A stretch of DNA of 64,000 bases from an uncultured virus (IMG/VR IMGVR_UViG_3300035698_026266) (taxonomy: Duplodnaviria; Heunggongvirae; Uroviricota; Caudoviricetes). The DNA lies in IMG/VR virus record IMGVR_UViG_3300035698_026266; one strand, given 5' to 3'. The translations under genes and the position numbers were made by a program. This document shows, piece after piece, positions 27,911 to 37,911 of the stretch (its first letter is position 1; each line of letters starts with the position of its first letter). The notes beneath the pieces were generated by a model, which worked only from the letters and a program-made list of their open reading frames with translations, had not been told where the DNA came from and searched no databases.

Positions 27911-28677
27911 CCTACTTCTCTCATAGTAGACTCGTATTTTTTTTCAATTAACTGTATTTGATCTTTTGACATTATTTCTCGATACCATCCAGACTTTCCT
28001 TTATTCATAAACCTCAATCCTTTCTCCGTAAATGCTTTTTTTATTGGCGAGCCATCGAAGTATCGTTCTTCTTTTAGAAATTCTTCTTGTTCTTTTTTTA
28101 TTTTGTTGAATTCAAATTTTTCGGCAGTTTTTTGTGCGAAACCAACAGGCAAATCCAATTCTAAAAAATCATAAATCTTTTCTATTTCACTAGAAGTATT
28201 TTTTAAAAGATTTTCATATTTCACAACAATAATCGGTAATTGTTTCTGTTTAATCCATCCATTTACGTGTTTACACCATGATGTGTCCCAATGTTTTTGA
28301 GACGCAAACTTACTCACCATTTCATTTAGTGTGAAATTTCTATTCATTAAATTTTGATGATTTGTAAAAGAACAAATAACATCCAAAGGATTTCTCAACA
28401 TATACACAACTTTTTGAGGTTTCAAACAAATATTTTCTATTTTGATAGTTTGCGTATACTCTTTTGAAAAAGGTTTTTCTTCTCTTATTATTGGCATGCT
28501 TTTTAAGGCAACATGTTTTGTCAATTCTCTTTTTCTATATGGCAATTCTTTTCTTCTATCTACCGGATGGTATGATTCTCCACAAATGGAATTGTTAAGA
28601 ATGTCCGACATCCAATTAGCCCCCGATTTTGGAAAACTTATCAGCCATGTGAAAGATTTTTTGTTTATATGTAACAT
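27901..28677 (-). CDS. Sulfotransferase
   Basis: SFPKSGANW 5'-PSB, RNPLDVICS 3'-PB, YENL, KGKSGWY. Confidence 0.85.
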   Translation of the reverse strand: MLHINKKSFTWLISFPKSGANWMSDILNNSICGESYHPVDRRKELPYRKRELTKHVALKSMPIIREEKPFSKEYTQTIKIENICLKPQKVVYMLRNPLDVICSFTNHQNLMNRNFTLNEMVSKFASQKHWDTSWCKHVNGWIKQKQLPIIVVKYENLLKNTSSEIEKIYDFLELDLPVGFAQKTAEKFEFNKIKKEQEEFLKEERYFDGSPIKKAFTEKGLRFMNKGKSGWYREIMSKDQIQLIEKKYESTMREVGYL

Positions 28678-28687
28678 TTATATAACT

Positions 28688-29368
28688 GTGGATATTAAAA
28701 ATTATAAAAATTTTTATAAAGGTACTCCTGCTTATGTTATTGCTTCTGGTTCTTCCACGTTAAAACAGAATCTTAGTGTGTTGAGAGATCGTTTGACGAT
28801 AGGAGTCAACCAATCTTATTTAGTGACTGAAAAGTACAATTTTCATCCTACGTTTATGTGTTTAAGTGATAATAAATTATACAGAAACATCAAAAAACGT
28901 TATACCAGCCTTGATTCAAAGATAGTCTTTGCAAAAGGAATTGATAATAAAATAGGATTAGATTACGAAGGTTCAAATTTAGTACATATTGTTGATTACA
29001 TCAATAAGCCGTTTGCGTGGGAGGGGAACTTTTCCTATAATTTAGAGAAACATATTTATCGTTCAAATGGGGTAGTCACAGATTTAGGTTTGCCTTTACC
29101 TATGTATATGGGATGCAATCCAATATATATTTTTGGATGTGATTGTGATAGAAGCGGATATGCCTATTCTCGTAAAAAAGACAAAGGAACAGGGCAGAGA
29201 ATAAACAAGCAAACATTTGTTGTTTATGATTTGATTGAAGAAGAAGCAAAAAAAAGAGGTATAAAAATATATAATGCAGGAATAGGAGGTAGTTTAACTT
29301 CTTTTGAAAGAATAGATTTGCCTGAAATAGAATATATTCCTAATGGTTTGCCAAAAATGTTTTTATGA
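28688..29368 (+). CDS. DUF115/MptE-like (Maf-type) glycosyltransferase-associated protein
   Basis: VIASGSS...TIGVN, YMGCNPIYIFGCD, KIYNAG..G.L..FER. Confidence 0.7.
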   Translation: MDIKNYKNFYKGTPAYVIASGSSTLKQNLSVLRDRLTIGVNQSYLVTEKYNFHPTFMCLSDNKLYRNIKKRYTSLDSKIVFAKGIDNKIGLDYEGSNLVHIVDYINKPFAWEGNFSYNLEKHIYRSNGVVTDLGLPLPMYMGCNPIYIFGCDCDRSGYAYSRKKDKGTGQRINKQTFVVYDLIEEEAKKRGIKIYNAGIGGSLTSFERIDLPEIEYIPNGLPKMFL

Positions 29369-30059
29369 TTTTTCCCAAATCTTCATCTTTGTATTTTATC
29401 CATTTGCGAGATAAAAAATTATATCTTTTGCTATATGGCAAATTCCATTTGTCGAAAAACTTTTTACCATTCCACAGATACATCAATTCTATTATTTCTT
29501 TAGGGATGTCATATTTGTGTCTCAAATGAACGTCTTCAAAGTCCAGACTAACAGGCTTTATTTTGGATTTTAGCATAGAAAAATAAAAATCCAAATCGGC
29601 AAATCGCCATCCTTGAAACTGCAAGTCAGGAACAGCTTTTTCTAAAATATCTTTGTGAAACATAACGCATCCAGAAAGAGGATTTTTGTTCATGGATATG
29701 TCTGGATTCTTTATGTCTGAAATGCGTTGAAGGTTGTTTATTCTATCAGGAAATATTATTTTATTTCTACAATTAATCTCTAGTGCTTTTTGTATAAACT
29801 CAATAGGGACTATGCGATCACAGTCTAGATATAATATGTTTTCATTTTTTGCTTTTTGAATGGACTCTATCCATATCTTAGGTCTTGAATACAAAATACT
29901 AGGACGTTCTATCTCTAATATTTTATAGTCTTTTGGCTTTATGTTTGTGGTCCCATCTACACACAATATTTTTTCACAGTTTATTTGGCTTAAATGTTTT
30001 ACTTGTGTTTTAAGTAAATCTATTCTATCTTTTGAATAATGAACTGTTATCGTAAACAT
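29340..30059 (-). CDS. Glycosyltransferase family 2-like
   Basis: ILCVDG, LYLDCDR (DxD), GWRFADLDF. Confidence 0.7.
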   Translation of the reverse strand: MFTITVHYSKDRIDLLKTQVKHLSQINCEKILCVDGTTNIKPKDYKILEIERPSILYSRPKIWIESIQKAKNENILYLDCDRIVPIEFIQKALEINCRNKIIFPDRINNLQRISDIKNPDISMNKNPLSGCVMFHKDILEKAVPDLQFQGWRFADLDFYFSMLKSKIKPVSLDFEDVHLRHKYDIPKEIIELMYLWNGKKFFDKWNLPYSKRYNFLSRKWIKYKDEDLGKIIKTFLANH

Positions 30060-30088
30060 AGTTCCTAATTATATGGAAAATTATTCTA

Positions 30089-31297
30089 TTAAGTTAAATT
30101 TACATGACGGACTATACACTCGTCACCAACAATATATTCATCATTAAACCAGTGAAAACCAGTTGTTCGATTAATGTGTTGTTGCCATACCAAAATTGGA
30201 AGCTCAATTAGCTCAACCTCATGATTGGAAGCTGCATTTAAATCACTGTCACTTGTAAAGTCACAATTTATACATTTAAACGTCTTTCCTTTTCTGTTTG
30301 ATTTATGGGTGAAACCACACGAACTGCATCGTTGACTCATAAATTTATTTTCATTTTCAACGACATCAAAACCTTCGATCTCGCTAAGTAAAATTAACTT
30401 ATTTTTTATGTCAGTATATGTCCAATGTGATAATTTTCTACTACTACTTTTACCTTTTCTTAAATTTAAAATCTTTTCAAGTTTAATTACTTTAACTTTA
30501 GAAAAATCAAGTTGATTTATACTCCAATTAATATAATTGTTTCTATGATTTTGACTACGGCGGAATCCCTTACTACCTTTTTTTTCTTCTACTTAAAATG
30601 TCTTGAATATGATTTAAATCATAATTGTGTTTATTTTTTTTTGTTACTTGTCCGTCACTTAAAGACAAACAAGTAATTTGGCCTTGGTCAGCACCTAATG
30701 TTTTGCCTTGTGTTTTATCTTTACTTTCAATTTCATAAAATAGGACTAATTTGTTTTCATTAATTCTAATTGAATTTTTAATTTTACCTTTTTGCATCCA
30801 TTTTTTACTAACTTTGGTATGTTTAATGGGCAGTTTAATTTTACATTTATTACCTATTTGTTTTATTTGTAAAAATTGATTAAAAAATCTACCATCTTTA
30901 AAATCAATAAAACGACTATCAAGTTCTATATTAATATGATTTGCATTTGCTTTACAGGTTTATTTAAATCAATTTTTCTTTGTAAATATTTTGTATTTTT
31001 ATTTTCTTGTTGTAATTCTTTAAGCTTAAACAATCTTTTGTGGTGTTTGGTTAACGCTGATTTAACCATAGAACAAGCTTGTTTTGCCGCACATTGTCTT
31101 ATTCTAGAATCTTGGGTTACATTTGTTTTAATTATTTTACATTGATTATTATCTAAAAACTTATTATTAGATTGTTCTTGCCAAAGTATATTAACGAATT
31201 TTTTAACCATGCATCGATAATTTTCAATGAAGGTTTCTAATTGTTCCAATTTTCCTTTATTGGAAAATTTCAATGAATGACTAGAACTACGAATCAT
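30089..31297 (-). pseudogene. tnpB: TnpB RNA-guided nuclease, two frameshifts (about 30950 and the A8 run at 30578-30585)
   Basis: RuvC-I LGADQG, RuvC-II IKLEKI, SQRCSSCG...FKCINC..SDSDLNAASN across three frames. Confidence 0.8.
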
Positions 31298-31865
31298 TTT
31301 GCAGTTCCTTGATTAATTTTTCAGTTTTTCTCTTACCTTTTCTTTGTCCGTATAATCTTGCATAGAAACTTGTAATAATAGAAAGCAAATCTTGAATTAA
31401 ATCTTCTGTAATTTCATTTGCTTCATTGACAACATGAAATTTATCAGGATAAAATAATTCAAAATAATTAAAACCAACTATAGTTAGTCTATCTTTATGT
31501 TCAATTACGACATAATCGTAATCATCAATGTTTTTTATAATATTAGAAAGTTTTGTTCTATGATCGTTAATTCCTGAGCCGATTTCTTTTACTATTTTTT
31601 TAATTTTCCAACCTTTTGCTATGCAATATTGTTGCAGTCTTTCTGATTGTGAGTTTAAATTATTTTTATTTTGGCTTGAGGAAACTCTTGCATATATGCA
31701 AACTTGTATAGTATCATTTTTTACATTTTCTTTTTCAATACCATTAGGTACAATAATTGTTCCTGTTGGAAGAGCGTAAGCACCTTGTATATCTCCACGT
31801 TTAAACATTGACCAAGCAGTTCGATAGGTCACACCTAATTTTTTTGCATAATCTGATAACTTCAT
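31287..31865 (-). CDS. tnpA: IS607 TnpA serine recombinase
   Basis: N-terminal HTH MKLSDYAKKLGVTYRTAW; IYARVSS; EIGSG; EHKDRL; SFYARLYG. Confidence 0.92.
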   Translation of the reverse strand: MKLSDYAKKLGVTYRTAWSMFKRGDIQGAYALPTGTIIVPNGIEKENVKNDTIQVCIYARVSSSQNKNNLNSQSERLQQYCIAKGWKIKKIVKEIGSGINDHRTKLSNIIKNIDDYDYVVIEHKDRLTIVGFNYFELFYPDKFHVVNEANEITEDLIQDLLSIITSFYARLYGQRKGKRKTEKLIKELQNDS

Positions 31866-31916
31866 ACTTTTATATAGTGTTATTTTTCTTTATTTTTCAA
31901 TAATTTTCTTTAAAAT

Positions 31917-32609
31917 TTAAAACTTGTCACAATACTGGTTCCACCCTTTATGTATTTTCTCTCTATTTAATTGAACAAAGTGTATTCCGTATTCGCCATC
32001 GATTAATTTTTCTTTTGCTTCTGTTATAGATATGTCTTTTCTACTAATCACTTCGTGTTTAATTTTGGTTAAACATGCAGCGACTAATCCTTGGTCGTCA
32101 AAAAAATTAGTAAATTCTTTTTTGTCTTGTGCTAATATATTTGAAATTTCTTTTTGAAAATCAAATTTAGGTGGCATTCCATAAAGGCCGCAATTTATTT
32201 TATAATTTTTTGGTACATATTTTTCAAATCTGCCAAAAAGTCTATGTTTTCCTTCGCAAAGCAAGGTGTGCTTGCCGTTGATGAATTCTTCTATAAAAGG
32301 GCATTCTTTTTTTATTATCAAATCGTTGTCTACAACTATTTCATGTGTGTTTATGTTCAATCTAGGAGGGAAAAGCTTCCAAGTAGCTAATTTTGGTTTG
32401 TAAGCAAGAGAATCAATATGCTTTTCTTGATTTATTAATTTTACTCCAAGAGTTTTTAATTCTTTTAAACAAGGATTGTCTATATTATTGTAACAAACGT
32501 ATAAATCGAAATTAGGATATAGTTCAGAGAAAAGTTTTATAGATACTTTTAATGAGTATAGACCGTTAGGGTATACGTTGCCGATTGTCCATCTAATAAT
32601 AGGTTTCAT
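31917..32609 (-). CDS. Glycosyltransferase-like protein (GT-A fold)
   Basis: WKLFPPRL, VDND (DxD), INCGLYG, DDQG. Confidence 0.6.
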   Translation of the reverse strand: MKPIIRWTIGNVYPNGLYSLKVSIKLFSELYPNFDLYVCYNNIDNPCLKELKTLGVKLINQEKHIDSLAYKPKLATWKLFPPRLNINTHEIVVDNDLIIKKECPFIEEFINGKHTLLCEGKHRLFGRFEKYVPKNYKINCGLYGMPPKFDFQKEISNILAQDKKEFTNFFDDQGLVAACLTKIKHEVISRKDISITEAKEKLIDGEYGIHFVQLNREKIHKGWNQYCDKF

Positions 32610-32619
32610 ATAATTATTT

Positions 32620-33342
32620 ATGGTTTTTGAAGATTTAAAATTGATAATTACAGGAACAGGACGTTGTGGAACTTCTTATGTGGCTAAATCCTTATCTAGT
32701 GTGGGGGTAGGATGCGGCCATGAAGCGTTCTTTAGAGCAGGAGGCATAGATGAGGCAAAAGACAGACTAAGCTCTCACAGGTCACTTCTGTCAAGCAATC
32801 GTTCGTATTTATATGAAAAAAAATGGCAATTTGGTAAGGTAGAAGCAGAATCAAGTTATATGGCTGCACCTTATTTAGATGTGTTGCCAGTTAATACAGT
32901 TGTTCATTTGGTTAGGAATCCCATTAGGGTTGTTTTTTCTTTTGTAAATGATTTTAGATATTTTGTAGACACTTCTAAAAGCAAAGAAAACGCATTTATT
33001 CATCAAATATTACCTGATATAAAAAAAATAGACAATCCTTTAGAAAGGGCAATGAGTTTTTATATAAGATGGAATGAGATGATAGAGAAAAAATGTAAAG
33101 GAAAAAAATATTTTCGGCATAAAATCGAAGATGATATTGAAAACATTTTTGACTTTTTGGGTATTGAAAAACCTAATCTTTATAAGAACAAAAAAGAAAA
33201 CACAAATAAGTATGATTTATACACAGAAAACATAAAAGATTTGCCAGATGGGGAAATCAAAAATGATTTTATAAAAAAATCGATGTTTTATGGTTACGAT
33301 TTACACAATATTAAAAACAAGGTTTATAGATTGTATCTTTAA
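32620..33342 (+). CDS. Sulfotransferase family protein
   Basis: ITGTGRCGTSY, CGHE, HLVRNP..V.S. Confidence 0.75.
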   Translation: MVFEDLKLIITGTGRCGTSYVAKSLSSVGVGCGHEAFFRAGGIDEAKDRLSSHRSLLSSNRSYLYEKKWQFGKVEAESSYMAAPYLDVLPVNTVVHLVRNPIRVVFSFVNDFRYFVDTSKSKENAFIHQILPDIKKIDNPLERAMSFYIRWNEMIEKKCKGKKYFRHKIEDDIENIFDFLGIEKPNLYKNKKENTNKYDLYTENIKDLPDGEIKNDFIKKSMFYGYDLHNIKNKVYRLYL

Positions 33343-34026
33343 TTATTTGTATTTTTTATTAGTGACCAAGATGTAATCCACATATTCAATATTTAAAAGT
33401 TTTTTATCATATTTCTCAAAAAAAGGCTCAATTATTTTTGGATGCTCTTTTTTTCTTTTAATGAAAAGTCCTGCTTGGTTAAACCAATGTTCATATATTT
33501 TGATATTGAATATTTTTTGTGGTAATTCTTCACAATCTGAAAACAAATGTGCAAACGCCATGTTTTCAGATTGATATAAATGCCCGCCTGTTCTCCCATA
33601 CCAAGGATGACATCTAACAAATATTCTTGTGTCTTTTTTGGACATGTTTTTTATTTGTTTTAATACGCTAATAGGGTCGATACAGTGGTCTAAAACATCA
33701 TATAAAAGTATGACATCGTATGGAGATTTTTCAACTATAATGTTTAGCTTATCTGTCAAAAAATTATCGTCCCACAATTTGCCTTTTTTGACAATATCAA
33801 AGCCTATTGCAAACAAAGGATTCTGCAATAGGCTTTGTTTGACTATATGCCCTTCACCACATCCATAATCTAAAAACTTTTTATTTTCTAAATAACAATC
33901 TATCATCATTTCCAATATGGCATCTCCACGTTCCTCTTTGTGGGTTTCATTGTTGGGATCGCATAATAGATTATGTTCGACAGCTATAGGCCAATTAGAA
34001 GTATCTTTTTTCATTTTCAATTCCAT
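33343..34026 (-). CDS. Class I SAM-dependent methyltransferase (paralog of 27023-27910)
   Basis: FLDYGCGEGH, YDVILLYDVLDH, RCHPW. Confidence 0.85.
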   Translation of the reverse strand: MELKMKKDTSNWPIAVEHNLLCDPNNETHKEERGDAILEMMIDCYLENKKFLDYGCGEGHIVKQSLLQNPLFAIGFDIVKKGKLWDDNFLTDKLNIIVEKSPYDVILLYDVLDHCIDPISVLKQIKNMSKKDTRIFVRCHPWYGRTGGHLYQSENMAFAHLFSDCEELPQKIFNIKIYEHWFNQAGLFIKRKKEHPKIIEPFFEKYDKKLLNIEYVDYILVTNKKYK

Positions 34027-34049
34027 TTTTAATTACTATTATAATAGTA

Positions 34050-34859
34050 ATGAATATTACAGGAATATTATCTTCACATAAAGACGCTGAACTTACTGCT
34101 GACACATTAGATTCTGCTAGGAAATATCTAACAGATGACATTCATTTATTAGTAGACGGTGCTGCTTGGCATCCTTGGGGTCAAGATATTGAATTGCCTG
34201 TTAGCTCTAAAATAAGAGGACTGTATCACAATCACAATAGAGGACCATACAGAAACCTAACTTATAGTTTAATGAAAACTTTGGAACTGTCCCCTGATTC
34301 AGATTGGTATTGTTATTTCGAATATGATGTATTATTTGCCTCTGATTCTTTCAAAAAAATATTAGCAGAAGAAAAAGAAGATACTTGGTGTATGGGTTTT
34401 GATTTTAGGAATGGGCTAAGCAGATTTGCTTTATTGGAAAAAATATTTCAATCAAAATTTCACATAAGCAAATATTTAATTGGATGTTGTGTCTTTTATA
34501 ATGGGACTTTTCTTAGATTTCTAAGGGATTTGGATTTTTTTGAAAAATTTCTTTATTGCACAAATGGGTTCGATAGAGGCTTTTTTCCGGGATACAAAGG
34601 ATATGATTTTGGGGAGCATTTATATCCTACACTAGCACACTATCTTGGTGGGAATGTGAAAAGCTTTTCAGATTGGGACGAAACCAATGGAATTTGGAAT
34701 AACAAGTACGACAAATTAGATAAAGATTTTTCTATTAGATTTAGACCAGAATTGGAAAACGATATGGAAAAATATCAAAATTCAAGTATTTTGCATCCCT
34801 TGAAAAACGTAGAACATCCTGTTAGGAAACATTTTAGGAATATAAGAAATGGAACATGA
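34050..34859 (+). CDS. Glycosyltransferase-like protein
   Basis: LLVDG, DWYCYFEYD, LHPLK. Confidence 0.55.
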   Translation: MNITGILSSHKDAELTADTLDSARKYLTDDIHLLVDGAAWHPWGQDIELPVSSKIRGLYHNHNRGPYRNLTYSLMKTLELSPDSDWYCYFEYDVLFASDSFKKILAEEKEDTWCMGFDFRNGLSRFALLEKIFQSKFHISKYLIGCCVFYNGTFLRFLRDLDFFEKFLYCTNGFDRGFFPGYKGYDFGEHLYPTLAHYLGGNVKSFSDWDETNGIWNNKYDKLDKDFSIRFRPELENDMEKYQNSSILHPLKNVEHPVRKHFRNIRNGT

Positions 34860-35394
34860 AACAAAGTATGATCCTTTTGTTGTTGGATTTTATTTTGACA
34901 TAATATCTACATCTAACTTGTTTTATGTTAAAAAAGAAGTTATCGAATCGGTTCTAAAAATGGAATCAGATGATCGTCAATATTTATGGCATCCTGATTA
35001 TTCTAATATTTTCTATAGTCAAGGGGAAACAGTAGGAAGAATAGAAAATTGGTCGTTCCCGCAAATAGACAACTTCAGATTTGCTTTGAAAGAGTCTATT
35101 TATCTTATAGGAGAACATAATTCTAATGCAAAAAAACAGTTTTTCTATATAACAGATTGCGTTTCAGAATCCAAAAAACACGACATAAAACAATTTATTT
35201 TGTTTGAAGAAAAAATGAATCTTAATGTCAATATCCATTTTTGCGGTTTGGATAAATATTATCAAAAACAGGTTTTAGAATGTGTTTCTGATTATGGGCA
35301 TAGCTACAAACACATTGATGTAAATCAAGAACATTGTCTATCAGAATATATGATGGATTGTAGAAAGGAAACGACAAATGGAAAAAAAAGCTAG
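34849..35394 (+). CDS. Hypothetical protein
   Basis: Coupled ORF within the operon. Confidence 0.55.
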   Translation: MEHETKYDPFVVGFYFDIISTSNLFYVKKEVIESVLKMESDDRQYLWHPDYSNIFYSQGETVGRIENWSFPQIDNFRFALKESIYLIGEHNSNAKKQFFYITDCVSESKKHDIKQFILFEEKMNLNVNIHFCGLDKYYQKQVLECVSDYGHSYKHIDVNQEHCLSEYMMDCRKETTNGKKS

Positions 35395-36139
35395 CATGAA
35401 AATTCCTCCTTTTTCACGATCTAAAGTCGATATTATTATCCCTTTCCACGGACAGTATTCAAAAGTAAAAAAAGTAATACAAAGCATACTTTTAGTGACT
35501 AGAAGCAATCCTTATAAAATAACTTTAGTAGATGATGCATCACCAAATGAAACATTTGCAGAAGAAATGAAAATCAAAAGAATCCCACAGGTAGACATTA
35601 TAAGAAACGAAAAACAATTGGGATTTAGCGGAGCTTTGGAAGTAGGCTATAATTCTACAGAACAACCTTGGGTTTTATTTTTAAATTCAGATTGTGTCGT
35701 AGAAGAAACCAATTGGATGCTTGAAATGGGTAGGTCGCTTTTGAGGCTAAAAGACAAAAATGTTAAAATGATATCCGCTAAATCTGACAATCCCGGTGAC
35801 GCCACAATTCCAGAATTGAAATGCGAGCGGTCAGAAATAGGTGGTGAAGATTTCATTTTAGAAGAAGGTTTTCTTCCATTGGTCTGTGTTATGTCTCATA
35901 GAGAGTTATATCCAAGAATTGGAGGATTTATTAAAAAATATTTCCCGATTGGATATGAAGATGAAGAATTGTCATATAGAATGAGGAAATACGGATATCA
36001 ACAAGCCATTTGTGGTAAAAGTTGGGTTCGACATGATGGGGGAGCAACAATTAACAATTTGTGCAAAACTAATAAAAAATATTTAGATTTCATCAATGAA
36101 AATAGAGCTTCTTGCATAAAAGATATTCAATCTTTATAA
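35378..36139 (+). CDS. Glycosyltransferase family 2
   Basis: IIIPFH, LVDDAS, FLNSD, GYEDEE, H.GGAT. Confidence 0.88.
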   Translation: MEKKASMKIPPFSRSKVDIIIPFHGQYSKVKKVIQSILLVTRSNPYKITLVDDASPNETFAEEMKIKRIPQVDIIRNEKQLGFSGALEVGYNSTEQPWVLFLNSDCVVEETNWMLEMGRSLLRLKDKNVKMISAKSDNPGDATIPELKCERSEIGGEDFILEEGFLPLVCVMSHRELYPRIGGFIKKYFPIGYEDEELSYRMRKYGYQQAICGKSWVRHDGGATINNLCKTNKKYLDFINENRASCIKDIQSL

Positions 36140-36178
36140 AAAAGTTTTTATAATAATAAATACTTTTAAGGAGGACTT

Positions 36179-36376
36179 ATGACAGTACAATGTAAATATC
36201 TAGACACAAGATTGAAAGTTAATGGAGTTACCAACCCAACTTACAACCAAGAAATCACTACACCTGTTTCTTACAGATTGTTTTACCCAAATTGTGGTAA
36301 AATAAATCTAGGTTGCAGTCCGGTAAACGGTGCTTATGTCGCAGCAGTTACAGTGTGTAACCAAAGACTATTTTAA
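36179..36376 (+). CDS. Small Cys-containing protein
   Basis: Strong AAGGAGG SD, TAAATA upstream, terminator downstream. Confidence 0.65.
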   Translation: MTVQCKYLDTRLKVNGVTNPTYNQEITTPVSYRLFYPNCGKINLGCSPVNGAYVAAVTVCNQRLF

Positions 36377-36392
36377 TTTATAAATTAAAAAC

Positions 36393-36441
36393 AATTAAAA
36401 ATAGCACATAAAAGTTAAATCTTTATGTGCTATTTTTAATT
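36393..36441. terminator. Bidirectional terminator between convergent genes
   Basis: 20-bp inverted repeat AATTAAAAATAGCACATAAA/TTTATGTGCTATTTTTAATT. Confidence 0.75.
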
Positions 36442-36869
36442 CACTTAATGGGCAGCACATTATCTCCCTGTCCTACTTCAAATATTTTGCCTTCGAGAGA
36501 TATTGGTTGGGCCAGAGGCGTCCATGTTGCAATTTGATTGCTTTGAAACGGTTTTCCGCCCATACTGCGATTTACTGCGATTGTGATGTGCTTTATTGAG
36601 TTGCTACTTGGCACATTAGTTTCTACTTTGACCGCTATTACTTTATGATCTCCACCAAATTCAACTGCCATCATGGTTGCTGTTTGCCCCAACATGGCAA
36701 CGGCTGGTCCTTTTTCGGCACTTCCCATATTAATCGTCATATGATGTGCTATAACTTCCCAAGGCGAGTTCACTGGAAACCTTTTAATTAATTCGTTCCT
36801 AGAGTCATCTGTCAAAACGATTGCTGTGTATCTAGGTTGCATTACTTGTGTCATTTCATAAAAATTCAT
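36441..36869 (-). CDS. 2H phosphodiesterase (tRNA-ligase CPDase-like)
   Basis: AHHMTI and KHITIAV HxT motifs, GKP.QSN. Confidence 0.75.
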   Translation of the reverse strand: MNFYEMTQVMQPRYTAIVLTDDSRNELIKRFPVNSPWEVIAHHMTINMGSAEKGPAVAMLGQTATMMAVEFGGDHKVIAVKVETNVPSSNSIKHITIAVNRSMGGKPFQSNQIATWTPLAQPISLEGKIFEVGQGDNVLPIK

Positions 36870-36897
36870 ATACTTTTATATAAGCATCCGCACATCT

Positions 36898-36971
36898 ATT
36901 GTAGTATGGAAAAAGTTTTTGTCAAGTCTTTTAACAATCGGACTTGACAAAAGCACGAACTGTCTTACAAT
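36898..36971. promoter_or_regulatory. Back-to-back divergent sigma70-like promoters
   Basis: TTGACA-N16-TACAAT on both strands. Confidence 0.7.
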
Positions 36972-37046
36972 CCAAGGTCGAGTGGAACATTAATGCTACT
37001 ATCGTATGAACTTACTAACTTTTTTATTTACTAAACGGAGAAACAA

Positions 37047-37751
37047 ATGAACGAAAACCAACTTGAATTGGACGACCCAAACGAAACTAATCCCTCTAAA
37101 AAAACATGCGTATACATCAACAATAGCAACTTGTATTATGCAATTCGCCGATTTACAGCCGCTGACCCTGAGAACAGACGTTTAGATTATAATAAACTAA
37201 CTGATTTTTTCAATAGTAGACAAAAATCTGATTTTAGATTTTATCATAGCAAATCTCCCCAAAAAAATGATTTGCAACGTGGATTCTACTCGTTTTTAGA
37301 AACGTTAGGATACAATCTTGTTTCTTTGCCGATGTCGGCTCGACATCCACATTCTAATCCTTATATTAGACATTTGAACACATTGACTAATTGGGTGTTA
37401 GAAGAATTTGAAACATCAGAAAAAGAAATAATTAGTGTTCTTGACACTAATGAATATTGGATGAGGAAAATCAAAGGTACAGAAAAGATTTGGGAAGAAA
37501 AAGGAATAAATGCTAGATTGTCATTTGACATGGCTAATTTAGCAAATAAAAATTTATATAATGAATATGTTTTGATTGCAGGAGATGAAGAATTTGTCAA
37601 CTGCGTAACTACCTTGCAAAAAGATTTCGATATAAAAGTAACTATTGCTTTTTTTGAAAATGAATGCCACACCATGCTGAAAAAGGTGGCAGATGAATTT
37701 ATAGACTTAGGATCGAATAATGATTTGTTTTCAATAATGGAAAACAAATAG
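37047..37751 (+). CDS. NYN (LabA/DUF88 PIN-like) domain protein
   Basis: VYINNSNLY, EEKGINARL..D, LIAGDEEF, L.K.ADEFIDL. Confidence 0.75.
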   Translation: MNENQLELDDPNETNPSKKTCVYINNSNLYYAIRRFTAADPENRRLDYNKLTDFFNSRQKSDFRFYHSKSPQKNDLQRGFYSFLETLGYNLVSLPMSARHPHSNPYIRHLNTLTNWVLEEFETSEKEIISVLDTNEYWMRKIKGTEKIWEEKGINARLSFDMANLANKNLYNEYVLIAGDEEFVNCVTTLQKDFDIKVTIAFFENECHTMLKKVADEFIDLGSNNDLFSIMENK

Positions 37752-37911
37752 TAATTCGATAAAACGAATTACCAGTATTGCTTTTGAAAAACAACTTTCA
37801 AAAAAGTGCGTTTTCGCAAATGTTTCATTGACACCATTGTTTTGCTTAGTATAGTATAGTGTGCAGACCATTGTGGTTTGTCTAGATGTAATCATTTTTT
37901 AAGGATTTTAT

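Larger units (their letters stand above)
30089..31865 (-). mobile_element. IS607-family element (tnpA plus frameshifted tnpB); exact ends not determined
   Basis: Serine recombinase gene overlapping tnpB fragments. Confidence 0.85.
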
